Source: an uncultured Eggerthella sp.
GTDB taxonomy: Bacteria; Actinomycetota; Coriobacteriia; Coriobacteriales; Eggerthellaceae
Direction of reading: 5' to 3'
Assembly: GCA_900544455.1 (NCBI GenBank)
Contig: UQVJ01000001.1
Span: 1-63,690, forward strand
Length of the DNA: 63,690 bases
In this document: piece by piece, positions 59,201 through 63,690 of the stretch
Numbering within the stretch: the stretch's first letter is position 1
Layout: each line of letters starts with the position of its first letter
Program-made: the position numbers and the translations under genes
Notes under the pieces: generated by a model
Database searches by the model: none
The model's input: only the letters and a program-made list of their open reading frames with translations
What the model was told of the DNA's origin: nothing

Positions 59201-60867
59201 ATCCCTGGATCGCCGAAGTTCGCCAGTCAACGCCGGGCATTGGCTTGATTTCGCCTCCGCCGCATCATGACATCTACTCCATCGAAGACTTGGCAGAGCT
59301 GATCTTCGACTTGAAGAACGCAAACCCCAATGCGCGCGTTTCCGTGAAGCTCGTTTCCGAGGCCGGCGTTGGCACCATCGCAACCGGCGTTGCCAAGGGC
59401 GCTGCCGACAAGATCCTGATCTCTGGCCACAATGGCGGTTCGGGCGCTGCTCCGCGCGATTCCATCTGGCATGCAGGTTTGCCTCTCGAGCTTGGCATTG
59501 CCGAGGCTCAGCAGACGCTGCTGCAGAATGGCCTGCGTTCCCGCGTTGTTCTTGAGGCTGACGGCAAGCTGATGGACGGCAAGGATGTTGCCGTGGCCTG
59601 CTTGCTCGGCGCTGAAGAGTTCGGTTTTGCGACGATGCCGCTCATTGCTATGGGCTGCCTGATGCAACGCGACTGCCAGCAGGATACGTGCCCCGCTGGT
59701 ATCGCCACGCAGAACTGCCGCTTGCGCAAGTGCTTCCGCGGCAAGCCCGAGCACGTGGTGAACTTTATGCTCTTCGTTGCCGAGCAGCTGCGTGAGGTTA
59801 TGGCATCGCTTGGCTTCCGCACGGTAGATGAAATGGTTGGCCATCCCGAGTGCTTGCGCCAGGTTGAAGTGCCGGGCAACTGGAAGGCTAACCTGCTCGA
59901 CCTTTCTTCGGTGCTCGCCAATGGCGAATGCGAGTTCGGCGCCCATATTCCCGGTGCTGCCGGTCGTCATTTCTTGCCTCAGATGAAGTACGACGTGGAG
60001 CTGGAAAAGTCGCTTGACTCCACGTTGTTCCTGCCCATGACTGAGCAGGCTCGCAAGCACATGAAGCCAGTTCGTTTCCGTGCCGATATTGCCAACGTAA
60101 ATCGTTGCGTGGGCACCATCTTGGGCGCTGCGGTAACCAAGGCGCACCCCGAAGGCCTGCCCGATGGTTCGGTGACGGTTGACTGCGAAGGCTCTGCCGG
60201 CCAGAGCTTTGGCGCCTTCATCCCGAAGGGCGTTACGCTCAACGTTACGGGCGATGCGAATGACTACTTCGGCAAGGGCCTTTCCGGCGGTATCCTTTCG
60301 GTTCATCCTTCCGAAGATGCCACGTACAAGTTCGACGAGAACACCATTGTGGGCAACGTTGCCTTCTTTGGAGCAACGTCGGGTCGCGGTTTTGTAAACG
60401 GCCTTGCTGGTCAACGCTTCGGTGTACGCAATTCCGGTGCCACCATCGTGGTTGAAGGCGTTGGCAACCATGGCTGCGAATACATGACCGGTGGCACTGC
60501 CCTGATCTTGGGCGAGGTTGGCTTGAACTTCGCAGCGGGCATGACCGGTGGCGTAGCCTACGTGTACGACGAGTACGGCACGTTGGAAAGCCGCTGCAAC
60601 ATGGGCTCGGTAAAGCTTGAAGTTCCCACCGAGGCCGAAATTGAGCTTATCCACAGCCTCATCGAAGAGCATGTCGGTTATACGCAGAGCCCCCGTGGCA
60701 TCAAGATGCTGTATCGTTTCGAAGCTATGAAGCAGCACTTCGTAAAGGTAATTCCGGTTGAATATGAGCGTGTTCTGCAGATCGTTGCCGCGGCAGAGGC
60801 CGAAGGCAAGAGCCATGAAGAAGCGCTTGAAGAGGCATACGAGATTGTAGGAAAGGGGCGCCAGTAA
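56263..60867 (+). CDS. gltB: Glutamate synthase large subunit
   Basis: EHDACGIG (Ntn Cys), HSRYSTNT, EPWDGPA, FAQVTNPPID, AQGAKPGEGG, 3Fe-4S GCLMQRDC...CP. Confidence 0.98.
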   Translation: MQTRNVPVQNGLYRPEFEHDACGIGALAHLKGVRSHQMIDDALSVLVNLEHRGGKGLEHNTGDGAGILFQVPHHFFRKEAQKYGHLLPDEGDYGVAMLFFPQDERGVEVSKRIFEEGCAKAGLPLLFWREVPIDPHDLGSTARACMPTILQAFVGRPEDVERGEAFERRLYVCRRMVEKAADAEHALKGHIFYVCSFSARTIVYKGMLVATQMRRFYLDLSDAAVKTAIALVHSRYSTNTTPSWERAHPNRYIIHNGEINTLKGNVNWIRAREPNLYSPVLGKDLESVLPIINKEGSDSAILDNVLEFLVMNGRDMTRVVSMLLPEPWDHNETLPARRRAYDEYQSMLMEPWDGPAAIAYTDGSTFGAALDRNGLRPARYYVTRDDRFLLSSEVGTIEIEPSNILTAGCLGPGEMVEIDTTADRVIWNDELRARYAKEKPYSDWVKEEKIEVSDLDAPVQNDAARDAEVPMTVRMAKLGYHWDDVDEVVRAMAEKGGVPLASMGIDASLACLSKKNRSFFDYFYQLFAQVTNPPIDALRESLVTSSVLYIGNHGNLLEDSRTACQLIRLDGPMLTKDQFDRICAVDRVGFKAQRFSATYRREDGENALEEALENLACNVEKAVRNGVSIIVLSDRAAEGEVPIPSLLAVSSVHNHLIRVGVRTFADFVVETGDAISAHDFAALVGYSASGIYPYMAHECIADLAAKGALSVSAEEGIANYNKAVTAGITSIMSKMGISTVQSYHSAQIFEAVGFKQEFVDQYFAGTVSRVGGLGVADVQREENQRYDDAVAILNTPAPEQLPSLGLTKWRPQGGEEHLIDPQTIYLLQHACREGNYEMFKEYSDHLHQEGRAIRLRDLLDFVTDRTPVPLEEVEPATSIAKRFNTGAMSYGSISEEAHKCMAIAMNRLGGRSNSGEGGEDPKRETPLPNGDSMNSAIKQIASGRFGVTSRYLSSAIEIQIKMAQGAKPGEGGHLPGKKVYPWIAEVRQSTPGIGLISPPPHHDIYSIEDLAELIFDLKNANPNARVSVKLVSEAGVGTIATGVAKGAADKILISGHNGGSGAAPRDSIWHAGLPLELGIAEAQQTLLQNGLRSRVVLEADGKLMDGKDVAVACLLGAEEFGFATMPLIAMGCLMQRDCQQDTCPAGIATQNCRLRKCFRGKPEHVVNFMLFVAEQLREVMASLGFRTVDEMVGHPECLRQVEVPGNWKANLLDLSSVLANGECEFGAHIPGAAGRHFLPQMKYDVELEKSLDSTLFLPMTEQARKHMKPVRFRADIANVNRCVGTILGAAVTKAHPEGLPDGSVTVDCEGSAGQSFGAFIPKGVTLNVTGDANDYFGKGLSGGILSVHPSEDATYKFDENTIVGNVAFFGATSGRGFVNGLAGQRFGVRNSGATIVVEGVGNHGCEYMTGGTALILGEVGLNFAAGMTGGVAYVYDEYGTLESRCNMGSVKLEVPTEAEIELIHSLIEEHVGYTQSPRGIKMLYRFEAMKQHFVKVIPVEYERVLQIVAAAEAEGKSHEEALEEAYEIVGKGRQ

Positions 60868-62327
60868 TGGGCAAAGCAGGAGCATATCTCGAGCACGATC
60901 GCGTTGCTCATGGTGAACGTGCGGCGTTGGAGGCCATTGAAGATTTCAAAGAATTCGCCTTGCCGCTTTCCGAAGAGGAGCAGCAGATCCAGGCGAGCCG
61001 TTGCATGATGTGCGGTGTGGCGTTTTGCCAGGCTGGCTACAGTTTCGGTAAGGCGCGCCCTTCGGGCTGCCCGCTGCACAACCTTATTCCTGAATGGAAT
61101 GATTTGGTGTATCGCGGTTTGTGGGACGAAGCGGCCGAACGACTGTCGCTCACCAATCCGTTCCCTGAGTTCACGGGCCGTGTATGCCCGGCGCTGTGCG
61201 AGGCTGCTTGCAACCTTGCCTCCATCGAGGGTCCTACCACCATCCGTGACAACGAGCGTGCCATTTCCGATCATCAGTGGGCAGCGGGCGGTCCTAAGCC
61301 CCTGCCGAAACCTGCGGCGGGTGCGCCGAAGGTTGCGGTGATTGGTTCTGGCCCCTGTGGTTTGGGCGCTGCTTGGCAGCTGGCCGAAGCGGGCATTCGC
61401 GTAACTGTATTTGAGCGCCATGACCGCGCTGGCGGTTTGCTGATGTACGGTATCCCGAACATGAAGTTGCCGAAGGAAATCGTTGATCGTCGCATCAAGT
61501 TCCTCGAAGAAGGAGGCATTTCCTTCGAACTGAATACCGACGCATCTGAAGAAGCAGTGGCAGCGCGCCTGAAGTCCGACTTCGACGCGGTTGTTGTTGC
61601 CGTTGGCGCAGCGGCTCCGCGTGGTCTTGCCGCTCCTGGTGCCGACCAAAAAGGCGTGGTGTTCGCGGTTGATTACCTTACTTCTTCCACGAAATCGGTA
61701 ATCAGCGGCACTGAACCGGTAATTTCTGCCAAGGATCTGGACGTTGTTGTTATCGGTGGTGGCGACACGGGCACCGACTGTATCGCAACGGCTCTTCGCC
61801 AGGGCGCAAAGAGCGTGCATCAGCTGGAGTACAACGCCGCGCCTCCCGAGGTGCGTGCTGCTTCCAACCAGTGGCCCGAATGGCCTTTCGTGAAAAAGAC
61901 CGACTACGGCCAGCGTGAGGCAATCGAGCATTTCAAAGAAGATCCCCGCTCGTTCGCTGCCGATACGGTAGAGGTTCTGGGTGAAGAAGGACACGTAACC
62001 GGCTTGCGCGTGGTTACGCTTGATTGGAGTCAGGGCGCTCCCCAGCGTCAGATGGATACCGAGCGCGTTATGCCTGCTCAGCTGGTTCTAATTGCATGCG
62101 GTTTTACGGGACCCGAACGTGGCATCTATGATGCTCTGGGTGCTGAGGTTGTCGACGGACGCGGAGTTCGCCCTGTTATGGTTGAGGGCACACATCGCGT
62201 TAAGCACGAGGGCGAGACGCCCATCTATGCTGCAGGTGATGCGAAGCATGGTTCCACCTTGGTGATCAATTCGCTTGCCGATGGCTTGGCTTGCGCAAAA
62301 GAAGTTGCTGCTGATCTGCTGAAATAG
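60867..62327 (+). CDS. gltD: Glutamate synthase small subunit
   Basis: RCMMCGVAFC, GCPLHN, GRVCPALCE, GSGPCG, GGGDTGTDC; TAATG coupling with gltB. Confidence 0.96.
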   Translation: MGKAGAYLEHDRVAHGERAALEAIEDFKEFALPLSEEEQQIQASRCMMCGVAFCQAGYSFGKARPSGCPLHNLIPEWNDLVYRGLWDEAAERLSLTNPFPEFTGRVCPALCEAACNLASIEGPTTIRDNERAISDHQWAAGGPKPLPKPAAGAPKVAVIGSGPCGLGAAWQLAEAGIRVTVFERHDRAGGLLMYGIPNMKLPKEIVDRRIKFLEEGGISFELNTDASEEAVAARLKSDFDAVVVAVGAAAPRGLAAPGADQKGVVFAVDYLTSSTKSVISGTEPVISAKDLDVVVIGGGDTGTDCIATALRQGAKSVHQLEYNAAPPEVRAASNQWPEWPFVKKTDYGQREAIEHFKEDPRSFAADTVEVLGEEGHVTGLRVVTLDWSQGAPQRQMDTERVMPAQLVLIACGFTGPERGIYDALGAEVVDGRGVRPVMVEGTHRVKHEGETPIYAAGDAKHGSTLVINSLADGLACAKEVAADLLK

Positions 62328-62340
62328 TATTTGGTGAAGC

Positions 62341-62372
62341 AAATGGGGCTCCTTGGTGGAGCCCCATTTTTT
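62341..62372. terminator. Terminator between convergent gltD and sdhB
   Basis: AAATGGGGCTCC/GGAGCCCCATTT followed by a T-tract. Confidence 0.85.
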
Positions 62373-62396
62373 ATGCGCTGGTACCGGCGTTATGTG

Positions 62397-63167
62397 TTAG
62401 GCATCGCTTCCAAAGACATTTCGGATGCTCTGTACCGTGGTATCGCGGTTCATTTGGGCGATAGAAGTGGTAAGGGGAATGTCTTTGGGGCATACCCGAA
62501 CGCAATTTTGGGCATTGCCACAGCTGGTTATGCCATCGGCTCCCATAATTGAACGCAGACGCTCTTGTTTGTTCAACTTGCCGGTGGGATGGGCATTGAA
62601 CAAGCGGACCTGGGAAATGGCGGCAGGTCCGACGAACTGATTTGCATGCCCGGTATTAGGGCAGGCTTCGAAGCAGCAGCCACAGGTCATGCAGCGAGAC
62701 AGCTCATAGGCCCAGCTTTGAGTGCGTGCGGACATGCGTGGTCCTGGTCCTAAATCGAAAGGACCATCTATGTCGATCCAGGCATGAGTCTTTTTCAAAG
62801 CATCAAACAAAAGGGTTCTGTCCACTTTCAAGTCGCGTACCAGGGGGAACTTGGTTAGTGGCTCCAAGCGAATGGGTTGCCCTAGATCGTCGATAAGAGC
62901 CGAACAGGCTTGGCGTGGTGTGCCGTTGATGATCATGGTGCAGGCTCCACAAACCTCTTCAAGGCATACGCTTTCCCAAACCACGGGGGTGGTTGGTTTG
63001 CCTTGGGCGTTTACGGGGTTCTTCCTAATTTCCATCAGGGCTGACACCACGTTCATATGCGGTTGATGGGCAACGCTGAATTCTTCCCAATGCGGTTTTG
63101 CGTTGGGGCCTTCTTGTCGCTTGACGATGAGACGAATAGGGTCATGGCCTGCGGTTTCGGTATTCAT
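62397..63167 (-). CDS. sdhB: Succinate dehydrogenase/fumarate reductase Fe-S subunit (Bacillus-type)
   Basis: CLEEVCGAC...C, CMTCGCCFEACP, CGNAQNCVRVCP; AAGGAGG RBS before ATG 63167. Confidence 0.93.
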   Translation of the reverse strand: MNTETAGHDPIRLIVKRQEGPNAKPHWEEFSVAHQPHMNVVSALMEIRKNPVNAQGKPTTPVVWESVCLEEVCGACTMIINGTPRQACSALIDDLGQPIRLEPLTKFPLVRDLKVDRTLLFDALKKTHAWIDIDGPFDLGPGPRMSARTQSWAYELSRCMTCGCCFEACPNTGHANQFVGPAAISQVRLFNAHPTGKLNKQERLRSIMGADGITSCGNAQNCVRVCPKDIPLTTSIAQMNRDTTVQSIRNVFGSDA

Positions 63168-63180
63168 GGCAAGCCTCCTT

Positions 63181-63690
63181 CTAATGAGCTTTCGTGTAAT
63201 CGCGTTTACGGGGCGCAATAAGTGAGGTGTCTACCTTTTCGTAGTTGAGCATCGGGCTGTGCGAAGCAGCATCGTAACGAGCGATGGTGGTTTTAAGCCA
63301 TTCCTCATCGTTGCGATCGGGGAATTCCGGTTTAAAGTGGCTTCCCCTGCTTTCGTTTCGCTCCAACGCGCCCTTTGTGATGACCATGGCGAGATCAACC
63401 ATGCCATAAAGCTGACGAATGAACGGCACATTTGCGTTGCTCCAAGTTGCTTTGTCTTGAACGCCGATACGGGAAAGTCGTTCACCGATTTCTTCGAGCT
63501 TAACCAACGTTTCGGCCAAATCCGCGTTGTTGCGAACCACGGTGACATTCTTTATCATCAGCTCGCCCATTTCCTGATGCAGACGGTAGGCGTTTTCGGC
63601 GCCATCAAGCTTCAAAATGCTTCGATAATCTGATTCATCCTTTGCAGTGGCTGCTTTGTAGACGCTTTGGGGGATGTTCTGGCCTTCTGG
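63181..63690 (-). CDS. sdhA: Succinate dehydrogenase/fumarate reductase flavoprotein, C-terminal part (5' truncated)
   Basis: Frame open to the window edge; RNESRGSHFKPEFPDRNDEEWLKTT and PRKRDY tail. Confidence 0.92.
   Translation of the reverse strand, partial: PEGQNIPQSVYKAATAKDESDYRSILKLDGAENAYRLHQEMGELMIKNVTVVRNNADLAETLVKLEEIGERLSRIGVQDKATWSNANVPFIRQLYGMVDLAMVITKGALERNESRGSHFKPEFPDRNDEEWLKTTIARYDAASHSPMLNYEKVDTSLIAPRKRDYTKAH

Overview
GC-rich bacterial chromosomal window. Gene content and protein style suggest an anaerobic gut actinobacterium (Coriobacteriia/Eggerthellaceae-like); this is inference, not a database result. Most of it is housekeeping or metabolic: a partial P1B heavy-metal ATPase, two MBL-fold hydrolases, two Pit transporters, a T-box-controlled trpEGDCFBA operon, pepF, a bacterial Elp3, purL, ettA, gpmA, several MFS transporters, tcdA, gltBD and the 3' end of an sdh/frd operon. 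I found no rRNA, tRNA, CRISPR array or transposase. The strongest leads are: (1) an unannotated 15-codon Ile-rich leader peptide with alternative hairpins and a terminator in front of an MHS-family transporter; (2) a WYL regulator and a stand-alone HIRAN gene whose two promoters share an 18-bp motif; (3) a two-subunit GltD-linked (group A2-like) [FeFe]-hydrogenase with hydF and hydG but no hydE in the window, about 8 kb from a true gltBD that carries a GlnR-like box; (4) a Firmicute-style transcriptional Trp T-box; and (5) short-range duplications, including an exact 28-bp copy of the trpA 3' end. All family calls come from recognising motifs by eye, and many start codons were moved from the ORF track using RBS or -10 context.
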